Source: Anthoceros angustus (lineage: Eukaryota > Plantae > Anthocerotophyta). From it: a stretch of 64,000 nt of DNA. Positions 49,850 to 62,481 of this stretch are shown in pieces (the stretch's first letter is position 1; each line of letters begins with the position of its first letter). The notes under the pieces were generated by a model, which was not told the DNA's origin, ran no database searches, and saw only the letters and a program-made list of their open reading frames with translations. A program made the position numbers and the translations under genes. Location of the stretch: positions 1-64,000 of the forward strand of contig VJWM01000288.1 in NCBI GenBank assembly GCA_010909165.1, given 5' to 3'.

Positions 49850-52800
49850 GGGCCACAGGCTACAGGCGACAGGCGACAGGCGACAGGCGACAGGCTGCCC
49901 GATGAACATGTGAAGGCTCGGGCGCCGAGGCGAAGCGAACGGACTCGAATCCATCCATGACTGGGGGCTGCGGGCTGCGGGCTGCGGGCTGCGGACTGCG
50001 GACTGCGGAGCTGCGAAGGTGGAATTGAATTGAATGCGGGATGGGCATGACGAGAAGGATGGGTCCCATGCAGGACACCATGGCGGGGCCAATGGCAGGC
50101 TCGCGCACGACATTTGGGGCCGGGCCGCCGGGGCGCCAGGCCGCCGGGGCCAGGGCCGGGGCCGGTTCCGGGGGCCGGGCCCGGCCGCCTTGCTCTTCCT
50201 TTTCGGAGGGCCCTTGCATGTCCTCCTACTTTTTTTCCCATTCATGGCGGCAGAATTGATTATCAAGCTGTGGGCCGCTGGGCCCCTCGGAAAACAGAGG
50301 GTTATTTGTGAAGTGATTGTTTCAGTTGCCAAGGCAAATCCAATTCGAAACGGCTCCGTTCCAATCATGTTGCTGGAGCTCCAGAGAATGAAGTGAGAAA
50401 TATAAATGGTGGCAGGTCCGTGAGCTGGTTAACGGCTAGGCTAACCTCAACCAGCAGGGCGGAGGGTGAAAGGAGGATGAAATATCTGGTGGTATTAAGT
50501 TTTTGTCGTTTTATGCTTGAAGGTATGTAGGGTGGGGTGGGGCTGGGCCATGGGATTGTGTGGTAGGGAAGGGGAAGGGGTGGGGGTGAGCTTTTGTACA
50601 GGGAATGGCATGCATGCGAGGAAAAAGGAGGTGGTCCACGTGGCGGCGGCAGTGTGGCAGCGCGCGGCTTCGGAGTTGTCGATATGTCATGTGCCGGTGC
50701 CAGAGGCCCAAGCCTGCATTCGCTTCCATCCCACCATACCTTGCCAACTCTTTCCTTCCAATCCGATCCGGCGGCCCGGGTCGAGGCTCGGTCCGAGCCC
50801 CTTGAACGCCGGGTCCCGGTCCCGGGCCCGATCAGGGCCGGCAGTATAGCCAGGTTTTTGTTTTTGGATAGATGCAGTTTTTGGAGCGTAGCTGCCCCAC
50901 TGTTTGTTCTTGTTGACTCACGTCATCCGCTGCCGAAGGCTGACGCTGAGCCGGACTGCCGCTTCCTGCTCCTGGGGCTGCTGGGAGGGGCTGGCCAGGG
51001 CCCAGGGCTCAGAGCCCAGAGCCCAGAGCCCAGAGCCCAGAGCCCAGAAGAAGGAAGGAGAAGGAGAAGGAGAAGGGGTGGTGCAGTCTGGTTTCGTTTT
51101 TGCTGTGGGGTGGAAAATGTATCTTGTGGCGCAAGCAAACAAAAGCAGGGCACTTGGCTCAGTTGGGTTGGGTTGGGTTGGGTTGGGTTGGGTTGGGTTG
51201 GGTTGGGTGCTTTGCTTCGTTTCCTTGGGAACGGGGGTGTTGAGGGGCGGTGAGGACTGAGGACTGAGGACTGAGGGGTGAGGCCCTCCCAGGCCCTGGT
51301 TCATTCCTTCAATCACTACACATACATGTTCCGGAGGCAACGTGGTGGGTGGCAGGGCAAATGGACAGGGGCATGAACAGTGGCGCAGGCCCCGTGCCGC
51401 AGGGCCAGGCCAGGCCCCCTTGTTAACCTTATACTCACTTGCTAGGCCCTGGGATCGGAATAAAAAAATGGCAAGGGTCGGCCAGGCGTGTGTACGAGTG
51501 TGTGATGCCATCACATCGCATCACAAGCTGCAAAATTAGCTGCAGGGTGGTGGCAGCACAGCAGAGCCCGCCCAAGTGTGCGATGTGCGATGGGGTCCTG
51601 GCCCCCGGCCCTCGCCCCGCACATTATCCTGATCGAAGCGCTGCTGCGGCGCGTGTGGACGCCACGCTCACCGCGCGCCACAGGGCTGGAGATAACAACC
51701 GGAGGGTGGAGGGTCGGCGTGTGGCGTGGGGCCGAGCCGCCGTAGGCTAGGGCCTTGAGCTTCCCACGCGTCCCATTGGGCCGCCCCACCAGGCCCCCAG
51801 CCACACCCCCTACTGGGTTTCACGTCCGGGTCCGGGTGCGGGTGCGGGTCCGGGTCCGGGTGCGGGTCCGGGTCCGGGTCCGGGTCCGGAGAAGAAAAAG
51901 AGAAGGAGATGCACTTTTGACATGCCATGCCTATCCGTTCCCCAAGGGACGCCGCCCCCTACAGTCTAGCCACACCGATGTTAAATGTTGCCTGCTCTGC
52001 TTTCTGCTTTTCGGCTGCGAGAGCAGCCCAGGGGAGAGAGACAGGCGCAGTGCAGCACAGCGCGGCGCGGCTCGGCTCGGCTCGGCTCGGCTCGGGGCCC
52101 CAAAATTCCATGCTCCGGCACCTGCCCTTCAACTTGGGCGCTTTGCTGTTTAGGGAAGAAACGTTGAAGATACTTTGGCGAGCAGGAACGGCGCCCAGCG
52201 TGCGCTATATTAAGGGAGGGCAAGAAAACAAATGGAACAAGAAACATTTACATTCACATTCACATATCTACACGGCATGACATGGCATGGCACTATGTCC
52301 CAGCGGCGGCCGGCGCCATGGCACCACCACCGCATGATTACGCGGCAACCGGCAACCGGCCACCGGCCACCGGATACCCGGATACCCGGATACCCGAATC
52401 GCTCCTCCATCATTTACACTCATGCTAAGCGACCCGCATGGGCTGCCTCAGCCTTAAACTGGATGTTATGCGCATTGATTGGCGGCAGTTTTGGGGCCAT
52501 CAGTATTGGAGCCCGGTCATTGGCTGCCTTCTATTCTTGGCCCACGGCTTGCCATGTGCAGCGACGCAGGATGCGGCTTGCGGCCTGCGGCCTGCGGCCC
52601 CGCGCGCATTTAGCACCACCGCCCCTCCCCACACACACACACACAAGAAGTAAGAGAGAGAGAGAAAAAAAAATATCTGGGATTTCTCGGGCACCTGCGG
52701 CTGCGTGCGCGGCGACGGGTGGCTGCCGCTGCCGCAGTTGCAGCTGCAGCTGCAGCAGTCTCTTTTTCAAGCAGATTGGGGAGGGATCTGGCCAGCGGTC

Positions 52801-54520
52801 TGTCTGTCGGCCCGATTTGGCCGCGTCCCCAACAAGGACTCGGACTCGGACTCGGACTCCGACTCCGACTCCAACTCCAACTCCAACTCCGAGTGCTTGC
52901 AGCTACGGCTGTGCGCTGTAATTGTAAGTGGCTTCACGTTGAGGCCTTCATTAATTTTGGGGAGCCCGGCTACCGGGACCCCTCGCTTCGGCTTCGCTGG
53001 TAATCAAGGCCCCTGAGAGGGGCCTGAACCAGGATACCCACCTTAATTACGATTCATGGGGCTGAGCAGCCGGTTCAACGTAATTGAACCACCACGACCA
53101 CGACCACGACCACGACGAATGTGGTGGGTGTCAGGGAATGTGTGTGGGGATCCGTGCGCTGTAGGACCCCGGGCCCTGATGACACCACTTCTCTCACACC
53201 ATCACACATCCATTGCCAGTGTCCAGTGTCCAGTGTCCAGTATGCAGAGTGCAGAGTGCAGGGCGCAGGGCGCAGAGCGCAGAGCAGTTGTGTGAGCTGG
53301 TGGACTGATGACCCCGCACAATTAGACCCCGGCGTAAAACCCCGGGCCGCATAGCCGGAAGTCGGGAGCGGGAGTAGCGGGGGAGCGTCGCTCTCAAGCG
53401 AAAACCCCACTAGACTACTCCCTCATCACACGCACCGCCTGCTGCTCCTGCTCCTGCTGCTGCTGCTACTACCGCAGGCCGCAGTGTGCAGTGTCCGGTG
53501 TGTCCAGTGCGTCCAGTGGGCACTGGGCACTGGGCAGTGAGCAGTGGGCAGTGGGCAGTTGGCAGTGTGCAGACTTCTCCTCCTCACTAATAACGCGTGT
53601 TGTCAGCCAGCATGCGACAAAAGGGCCTCCATTTAAAAGCCCTGCCAGACCTCCACCGCACTGCTCATTTTCCTCTCTACTCTCTCATGGCAGCGCCACG
53701 GCTCGCCGCGCGCTACGGACACACCCCACCTTCTGCGCTGCTTCGCCCGCGCCCCCTTTCCTCTGCTTTTTTGGGGCTGATTGCACGCCTTCAAGCCCAC
53801 CTAGCAGGGGCCACCAGGCAGGGACGCAACATCTGCTGCCACTGGCGGGATCCAAAGCCATCGCTAGCCTAGCGTAGGCTGTAGCTACCGGGCTACCGCT
53901 CTCGCAGCAGCGCCAGCATACAGTGAAATCGCGCACCGACCGGACCGTCACTTCACACCCGCGCCTTGTGCGCACCCGGATTTTCATGTTACATGTCGGG
54001 ATTTTCATGCCACACCGCAAATTGCTACCTAGATACATGCCTTAGAGCATGACATTAACATCGGATCCTGACTTCCCTCTCATCACTCTGCCTGCCCCCG
54101 GCCCCCGGGCCCCAGCAAGCCGGCCTTCCGCAGGCAGCCTTGGGCCAGGGCCAGGGCGAGGGCCAGGGCCAGGGCCAGGGCCAGGGCCAGGGCGACCCTT
54201 CCGCCTTAATTAAGGGTGCGTCACCACCCTATTAATCACCCACCACTCCAGTCCTTGTGCTCATATCAGATCTCCGTCGCTGCCGCTGCCGCTGCCGCAT
54301 CCGCTGCCGCAGCCGCAGCCGCAGCCGCTGCCGCTGCCGCTGCCACTGCCGCTCCGAGCGCGGCGATCCGTCTTACCATGGCAAACGGCACTACTTCATT
54401 AGCCACCGGTCCGCCGCTGGCTCGGCTCAAGAGGGGAGGGGCTCGGCTCGGCTCGGCTCCACCTTCCGCTCCGGGCTCCGGGCTCCGGGCTCATGGCTCA
54501 TGGCTCATGGCTCATGGACC
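49850..54520. repeat. Intergenic tract dense in GC-rich 5-7-mer microsatellites
   Basis: (ACAGGCG)n ~49862, (GGCTGCG)n ~49966, (CAGAGCC)n ~51010, (GGGTT)n 51165-51208, (GGGTCC/GGGTGC)n ~51828, (GACTCG/AACTCC)n ~52837, (CAGGGC)n ~54146, (GCCGCT/GCCGCA)n ~54279. Confidence 0.9.
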
Positions 54521-55340
54521 GCGTGCCAACTGGGCCCGGGCTTCTGCCCGCCCACCCATCTTCGCCGTCTTTAAGGATCTCGTAAATCACGTCGGCGGAC
54601 AAGGCGCTACGTGTGTGCCAGCGGCCAGCTCAGGCCAACAACAGATATCAACTTCCACATCTCATCGTCTTTATTCAATGTGCAATTGCCCCCACCACAG
54701 AGCCCCAATTCACCCAGGAGTTTTTGCAACACCGCAGGCTGCAGGCATCAGGCATCAGGCAGCTGACCAACCGGCCTCGCTCCATTGGCCGGGCCCGGCC
54801 TCGCTCCTTTGGAGCTTGCCCCTGCGCCAGATACCATGCCGTTCCGCGGTGTTGGGCATTCCGCCCAAAGCATCTGCTCGATTTCTACGCGCGACACAAA
54901 ATGCCGTCTATTCTCTTCTCTTCTGTCCTAGAGATCCGCCGTCTCAAAAAAGTCAACACCAGGGACCAATGGATCACTGTTCCTTTACCCCCGGTCCCCA
55001 CCTCTTTAGCCCGCCCTGCACAAGCACAAAGGAAAACATTCCATCAATGTGCTCAGGTCACTCACAAACAAATGGCCGGCCCTGCCACAAAATCTCCTCG
55101 GGTCTCAAACTTTATTATTGCACAACCACGTCACGTCTGCAACCATGCCCCTCCTAACACTTCCGCTACCAGACACTAAACTTCCGAACGCGTCAAACAA
55201 TAGCGGAACGTGCTAAGACTTGACCAACAATGCACTCTAACCCGAGGTGGGTTCCACATGGCGGGATGGTGGGTGGGTTGAGAGGACAGGGAGAGGAAGA
55301 GGATGTGGAAGTTGAAGCGAAAGTGGGGGGAGGGGAGGCT

Positions 55341-58300
55341 TTACAATTTCGACGACGCAGGGGTGGACAGTTTCAGGTGCAGGTCTTGAGCAACAGCATC
55401 GATGAATTCTTCCGTGTTCAGGTACTGGTCTCGTGTAGCCCTGCCAAAAGTAGCCGCAATTAATAAAATGATTGCCACCTCGTAATCAGCATCCACAAAC
55501 ACCTCATTTCATACCACACAAACCACAACACACAACTCAGACTTCTCTTACTTGGGGCCGAAGACAAGAAGTGCCAGATCCTTCGTGAACTTGCCACTTT
55601 CCACGGTTTCGACACAAGCAGCCTCCAATTTCTCCGCAAAATCCACCAGCTCAGCGTTCTCGTCCAATTTTCCTCTGCCCAAAGGTAACCAAACCACCAC
55701 AACCTCAAAATCAGCACCGGCATAACCTCCTACAACAATGCTACAAAAACCGCAGCAAAACTTTCTAGACATGTAACATGTTACCTGTGGGCAAGACCAC
55801 GAGTCCAAGCAAAGATCGATGCAATACTGTTTGTGCTGGTCTCCCCACCCTTCTGGTGGACTCTGTAGTGGCGAGTGACTGTGCCATGGGCGGCCTCAGC
55901 CTCAATAGTCTTCCCATCAGGACAAACCTGCATTTGGTATACACATATCAGATATCTCTGTTAGGGACAGCACCTCAATTGCCAGATTCCCAGCTTACTC
56001 GGGGCAACACTCCACAACAAGGGTTTACCAGAACAGATGTCATCAAGCCCAGAGAGCCAAACCCTGCAAGACGGGTCCAATCCCTACATCAGTACCAGAC
56101 AAAAAAACTATGGGCACACCAGCCAAACAGTCCACTATATGGTGGCACCAACCTTGCGCAAGCATGTCACTTTGCACATCACCATCGTAATTTTTGCACG
56201 CCCACACATACGCTCCCTCACTCTTCAGGGCATATGCCACCATATCGTCAATAAGTCTGTGCTCATACCTGCATACAGAGGCGAATCCCCATCAGAATGA
56301 AACAAAATCCGACAGAATGCTTAACAAAGTTGAGCCGCCACCTCACCAAATTCCAGCCTTCTTGTACTTATCAGCCCACTTCTCCTTGTAGACCTCTTGA
56401 AAGATGTCTTTGAACCTGTCCAAGATTAGTTACAATGACATTAGCCATGTCACCTGCCTGAATGCATCCCGCGCTCTGTTGCAGCACCACCGCTTCCTGA
56501 AAGTGGAGACCTCTGAGCTCTAAGGTATGATTCCAAAAGAAGCCGTTGTATGTAGTAGATTACCTTCCATCATACTTCTTCAAGATTGTGTTCTTTGTGC
56601 TGAGATACAGAGGCCACTTCTTTTCATACGCCATTGTCATCGATGATTCGGCAAAAGCACGAATTGACTGAATCATCACAACATCCGTCACCACTGATGT
56701 CCTGCTTTGACTGAGGTACGAAATGCACATCAGAGACGACGTCCCTACCTCATCAGTGTTGTACATAGCAAGGGCAACACCACCCTCGCCCTCAAAGTCA
56801 TACACATCAAGTTCTGTTGGCTCTCCATTTGCAGGGACTGCAAGTATGAAAGAGAAACATGTGCACAAGTTATTTCAACCGAAGGCATTTCCCTACCGTT
56901 ATCTATGGACTAATGTGGTCAGACAGCAGAAACAAAACTAATTAAGTACCTCACAAATTACTCACCAAAGACGAGCTTCAGTTTTCCAGGACCCTTGGCA
57001 ACATAGTCAGTGGCACGGTACTGGTCACCAAACGCATGCCTGCCGATGCAGATTGGGTGTTTCCAACCTGAAAGAGAAGCAAGAATGTCATTGCATCCCG
57101 TGCCAGGCCAACCGCCAGCCCCAAATACCTGTGCCTTTGGGACACTCCCTTGAAACATGTACTTACTTGGGACGAGTTTCGGGATGTTATTGCACAAGAT
57201 GGGCTCCCGGAAGACAGTACCTGCATTAGTATATCTCACAACTTACTTGCAAGCTCTTTACAGAGTGAGCTCTTGTTCATGATAAAAGAAACACATGCAA
57301 ATGAAAAGCTTACCATTCAGAACGTTTCTGATGGTTCCATTAGGACTCTTCCACATGGCCTTCAGCCCATATTCCTTCACGCGAGCCTCATCTGCACAGC
57401 TCAAAAGATGTACCAATTAGGCACTTACAATCAAGAATAGCAATTCATGTTTTTTCACTGTCTAATGCATATATCAAGGGCAATCTATAGGAAGTAGAGG
57501 TTCAGACTATGGGCTTATTAAAGCTGCAGGCCAACCCAACCTAAGAGAAGGGAAAGACAAATCCATGAAACAGACAAGGTACGAACTTGCAAAGGGTGGG
57601 GAACCCAGGGCTAATAGTTCAAAGGCTCCATGAGACGCATACCTGGGGTGATTGTTGCACATTTGACTGCTACATTGTACCTGAAGAGTTCGTGACCTAT
57701 GAGTCGCAATACTGCTTAACAGATGCGGTAGGCGATAGTAGACGACAAATAAGAAATAAACAACGTAAGCCAAATGGAAACAAAAACAATCAGCCATACT
57801 TGAGAGTGGCTTCGGCGCTCTCAACAGTCACTTTATCGTCAGTCGCATCCCGATGCTCGATCCCCAGGTCGAAATACTTGATATCCAAGTCCAGAAATGG
57901 GAAGATGAGCTGTCAAGGAGACGGTACGTTAGAGTGCTGAAAAGGCTAGAAATCCTAGTTCAGCATGGCCACTGGCAAAGGCCAATCTAAGTGGAACTGA
58001 CAAGCAGACAAAAAAAGTGGAGCACGCATACTTTGTCCTTGATCATTTGCCAGATGATTCTCGTCATCTCATCCCCTGCAGACATGGAAAGGAGACAAGT
58101 TAGAGGCCGGGACGAGGGATACAGAGACTCACAACCGCAGGGGAACGGGAAGCTTCCAGCTCGAGATGGCCTAGGTTTTTTCACTCCTGTGGAATAAGGT
58201 CGGAAATGCAGTGCAGGTTCTTCTGAAGCAAACTGAGATCACAAGCAGTCTGCGACAATTTCATCTCGGACCAGTTTCCAAGACATTGCAAATCTCTCGG

Positions 58301-58859
58301 CACAGAAGGAAAAATTCCATGTTGAGAACGGCTGTACGTCATGGAGAAGGGCAAACAACAGCGTTCCGTCCAGCATGCATGCATCCCATCATGGACCATA
58401 GGAACTTGTCATTCACTTGGAGGACTGCCCGATTTATGTTTGCACCAAGAGCAGGAAGGAGAGGATGTCTGGAGACCGGAGGCGCCAAAAAAACGCCCAA
58501 TTCACAACGCCCATGAGCCGTGAGCTCAATCCCAGCTGAATCGGAAACATACCATCCATCTCGACGATGGGGTTCTCCACCTTGATCTTGTCGAACGCCA
58601 TAGCCGCAGACCGGGGTGCAGTTGTATGGAAAAAGGCGCTCCCAGACCCAGCCAGCAGCACAGATCTCCTGGTGGCCTTCACCAGCAGCACACCCGACGA
58701 CTGCCCCGAGCAGGCGGCGAGGACCGCGGCAGAGCAGGCCACAAGCGTACGGCTGCACCCGGGCACGGAGCGCGGGAGAGGGCGTACGACAACAGAGAGC
58801 CTGAGCCTGTGCGAGGCGGATGCTGCAGAGACGCGGAGGGCCTGCGCGGCAATAAGCAT
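55341..58859 (-). CDS. ICDH: NADP-dependent isocitrate dehydrogenase (multi-exon) with N-terminal extension and C-terminal SKL
   Basis: [17 protein letters not shown]|[72 protein letters not shown]-like VTRHY exon, last exon [27 protein letters not shown]. Confidence 0.96.
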
Positions 58860-59939
58860 GGCAGCCTGATGAGAGAGAGGGGGAAGGACGTCGAGCCACG
58901 GTCGACCGCTGCCTGTGCACTACCTCACGCTGGACCCTGTCTCACCCCGATCGTCATCCTGATCCGGAGGGCGTCTCTATGCTAATACCCACAACCGCGC
59001 CCATGCCCTGGCTGCGTGTATGTGTGCGTGTGCGTGTGCGCAAAGCCAAGAGTGAAGCGGCCATCGTCCCCTCAGACGCAAGCTCTTGCTAAAATATCTG
59101 CCTCCGTTTTCCTTCCAGCTTACAGTCATCGTACAGTTCCCGATGCTTGGAGCGCGATACGTAATTCAGGCTGGCCTGAATCTCTGTGTTTCTCTTTGTG
59201 CCCACTTTTCCCAACATCCCTGCCCCGATGCCATGTGCCCCGAAACCCACAGCGGCATGTACCTTGACTTGCCATGCAATCGAGGCGGTCACATGCCATG
59301 CCAGGCCCGGCCTCTGCAGTAGATAGTTCTCATCACTGCACTGCAGCAGTGCAGCGGTGGTGGTTGTAGTACCACTGCTGGCAGTGCCAGAATATCCTAT
59401 CCTGCTGTCACGATATTTGACGTGCGCTACAGAGCGGGGCCCGGCTCCGAGCTCCGGCTCTCCCCCAGCCCAGCCACCTAGGTGGCCTGCAAGATCTTTT
59501 TCTGGCCTCTGGAGTGGCCGCCTTGGAATCCTGCCACCCGCTCATCACAGGAAGCAGCCTCCTTGTCTTCCTGCAGCTTTCTACTCTTCCGCTCGGGTCC
59601 CCTTGCGCGCCACACTGTCGAAGCGGGCACTGTGGGGTCTTGTGTTCCAGCCGCCATGGCTGTTCACGGGTGGTGGCCGGACGTGGTCGCGACCGATCCC
59701 GCATTCCTCGCCTGCCCCCGCTCTCGCACGCCCAGGGAAAGAAGAGGGCGGTGCGTGAAGAAGCCGCATGCCGAGCCGGGACCGGGCGGAACATGGGAGA
59801 TTTCCGGAAGCATCGCGGATGGCTCTTTTTTTGGAAGTGAGGGCGAGGGCGAGGGCGAGGAGGAATTCCGGATGAGGATCGGGTAGGCGAAGGAAGGAAG
59901 GGGGGAGAGATCGGGATTTGCATCTGTGTTGTTGTTGCG

Positions 59940-62225
59940 ATGTTGCTGGAGGCGGGGATCGAGGCGCAGGAGGCCGCGGTGCGGGAGGTGGCCAAGCTGC
60001 TGCCGGCGCCGGAGTCGCTGGCGCAGATGACTGCCATCCGGGCGGATTACGTACAGCGGCAGCAGGCGAACGACGCGCTGCTGAGCGTGAGCATGATGAC
60101 GCAGGTGGAGCACGCCAGGGCGGGGATCGACGCGCTCTCGGGGGCGCACACCACCATCGAGGAGCTGAGGCGGAATTTCGTGCTCATCGACGAGCTCTGC
60201 CGGGAGTGCCAGACGCTCATCGAGCACCACGACCAGATCAAGCTGCTGAGCAACGCCAGGAACAACATCAACATGACGCTCATGGACGTGGAGGGCATGA
60301 TGTCCATCTCGGTGGAGGCCGGGGAGGCCAGGGCGTCGCTGGACGACGACCGGCAGCTGGTGCCGACGTTCGAGCGGCTGTCTGCCCTGGAGGGAAAGCG
60401 GAGGTTCGCGCTCGCCACGGCCTCTTCCCGGAGGGAGGAGGCGGGGAAGCTCACGGAATTCTTCCAGGACGTGAACGAGACGAGGGACAAATTCGAGCAG
60501 CGGCTGTGGAGCCATGTGCGGAATTTCTTCCGGCTGGCCAAGGACAGCCCGCAGACGCTGGTGCGGGCTCTCAGGGTGGTGGAGATGCAGGAGATGATGG
60601 ACCAGCAGCAGGCGGAGGAGAGTGTGAAGGCGGATGGCGGGGAGCACCAGCCGCTTTCCCTCCCGAGATCCAGGAGCAACGCAAGGGCAGCCCTGGCCGC
60701 TCCCGCTCCTCAGTATCCTGCTGCTGCTGGTGCTCCGGATTCTGGATTCCCGAGGACGCCGGGTGGGAGAGGGTACAAGGACAGGTGCTACGAGGAGATG
60801 AGGAAGTCGGTGGAAGACAGGTTCGATGAGCTGCTGTCCAAGCTGGTGGTGGAGAGCGATCTGAGGGCGGCGTTGGAGGAAGCCTGTGACATCAGCGGGG
60901 AGCTGGCGGACATCTACGACTATGTTGCTCCTTGCTTTCCCCCTCGCTACCAGGTTTTCCAGCTCATGGTGCAGCTCTACACGGAGCGCTTCATCCAGAT
61001 GCTGCGGAAGCTTGGGGACCGGGCTAAGGATCTGTCCAACCTGGAGATCCTCAAGATCACGGCCTGGGTGGTGCAGTATCAGCAGCAGATGGTGAGTCTG
61101 GGAGTGGACGAGCAACTGGCGCAGGTGTGTGCCGAGAGTGGAGCCATGGATCCCCTCATGAATGTTTACGTCGAGCGGATGCAGGGGACCATGCAGAAAT
61201 GGTACACCAACATCCTGGCCGCGGACAGGACGCACCCCCCGAAGAAGTCGGACGACGGGAAGCTCTGGACGCCGGCGGCGGTGGATCTGTTCCGCATCCT
61301 CAGCGAGCAGGTGCAGTACGTGCAAGACAACAGCACGGACGTGATGCTGTACCGGGTGGCTTTGGCCGTGATCGAGGTGATGGGAGCGTTCCAGATCGCG
61401 GAGAGGCAGAGGCTGGAGGAGCCGGTGACGGAGATCGGGCTGGAGGCTTTGTGCGCGATGATGAACAACAACGTGAGATGCTACACCCTGGCCATGGATC
61501 TGAGCAATGGGCTCATGGAGAGCCTGGCGCCCTACTACGCGGAGCAGGTGAACTTCGAGGACACGTGCAAGGGATTTCTGGACATCGCCAAGGAGGCGGT
61601 GCAGCAGTGCGTGGGGCTCATTTTCCAGGACCCCGGCGTGAAGGAGCTGGTGGAGAAGGTCTACCTCAAGGACTGGTACGACGGTCTGGTGACGGAGTAC
61701 CTGGTGGCCACCTTCGGGGACTACTTCGGGGATGTGAAGGTGTACGTGGAGGAGCGATCCTTCCAGCGCTTTGCGGAGGCGTGTGTGGAGGAGACGGTGG
61801 TGGTGTATGTGGACCGCCTGCTGGGACAGCGGAGCTACATCAAGGAGGAGACTCTGCAGCGGCTCAAGCTCGACGAGGATGTCATCACGGATTTCTTCAA
61901 GGAGTACATCAACCCCGCCAAGGTGGTGAAGCGAGTGCAGGCCCTGACGCAGCTCAGGGAACTTGCGTCGGCTGCCAGCGTCGAGGAGTTCACTCTCGCC
62001 TACACCACCCTGCTGCGCAGCCACCCGGACTGTCCACCGGAAGTGGTGGAGCGCGTGGTGGCACTCCGGGAAGGCATTCCCCGGAAAGACGCCAAGGAGG
62101 TGGTGCAGGACTGTAAGGAAGTGTACAGCAGAAGCCTGGCCATGGCCAAGGGCCAGCCACCCAAAGCCGGCTTGCTCATCTTCAGCAGGCTCACCTGCTT
62201 TCCCAAGGGCATCCTCAGGAGGTGA
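59940..62225 (+). CDS. SEC6: Exocyst complex component SEC6, single-exon 761 aa
   Basis: [113 protein letters not shown] are conserved plant SEC6 blocks. Confidence 0.96.
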   Translation: MLLEAGIEAQEAAVREVAKLLPAPESLAQMTAIRADYVQRQQANDALLSVSMMTQVEHARAGIDALSGAHTTIEELRRNFVLIDELCRECQTLIEHHDQIKLLSNARNNINMTLMDVEGMMSISVEAGEARASLDDDRQLVPTFERLSALEGKRRFALATASSRREEAGKLTEFFQDVNETRDKFEQRLWSHVRNFFRLAKDSPQTLVRALRVVEMQEMMDQQQAEESVKADGGEHQPLSLPRSRSNARAALAAPAPQYPAAAGAPDSGFPRTPGGRGYKDRCYEEMRKSVEDRFDELLSKLVVESDLRAALEEACDISGELADIYDYVAPCFPPRYQVFQLMVQLYTERFIQMLRKLGDRAKDLSNLEILKITAWVVQYQQQMVSLGVDEQLAQVCAESGAMDPLMNVYVERMQGTMQKWYTNILAADRTHPPKKSDDGKLWTPAAVDLFRILSEQVQYVQDNSTDVMLYRVALAVIEVMGAFQIAERQRLEEPVTEIGLEALCAMMNNNVRCYTLAMDLSNGLMESLAPYYAEQVNFEDTCKGFLDIAKEAVQQCVGLIFQDPGVKELVEKVYLKDWYDGLVTEYLVATFGDYFGDVKVYVEERSFQRFAEACVEETVVVYVDRLLGQRSYIKEETLQRLKLDEDVITDFFKEYINPAKVVKRVQALTQLRELASAASVEEFTLAYTTLLRSHPDCPPEVVERVVALREGIPRKDAKEVVQDCKEVYSRSLAMAKGQPPKAGLLIFSRLTCFPKGILRR

Positions 62226-62481
62226 ATGTAGACATCTGCATGCCATTCTACTCTCCCAATGGAGCTCTGGCAGAGAGGCTTCTGGAGCACACAGGCAGGG
62301 GAAGGCACGATGTAATGTGTGAGGCGTGTAGAGTTCAGGGGAAGCTGGTGATGGCGTTCAGGAGGAGTTTGCCCGGACTGGCCTGGCATGTTACGGCTCC
62401 CTGGAGTCCGCGTCTCGGCTGTAAAGTCCGACCTGTGGGACTAATGAAGCAACGACGACACAGAGGCTAGCCAACCGGGAT

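Noticed and set aside
59664-62246. 860-aa minus-strand ORF
   Set aside because: Antisense shadow of high-GC3 SEC6; His/Leu-rich with no motifs.
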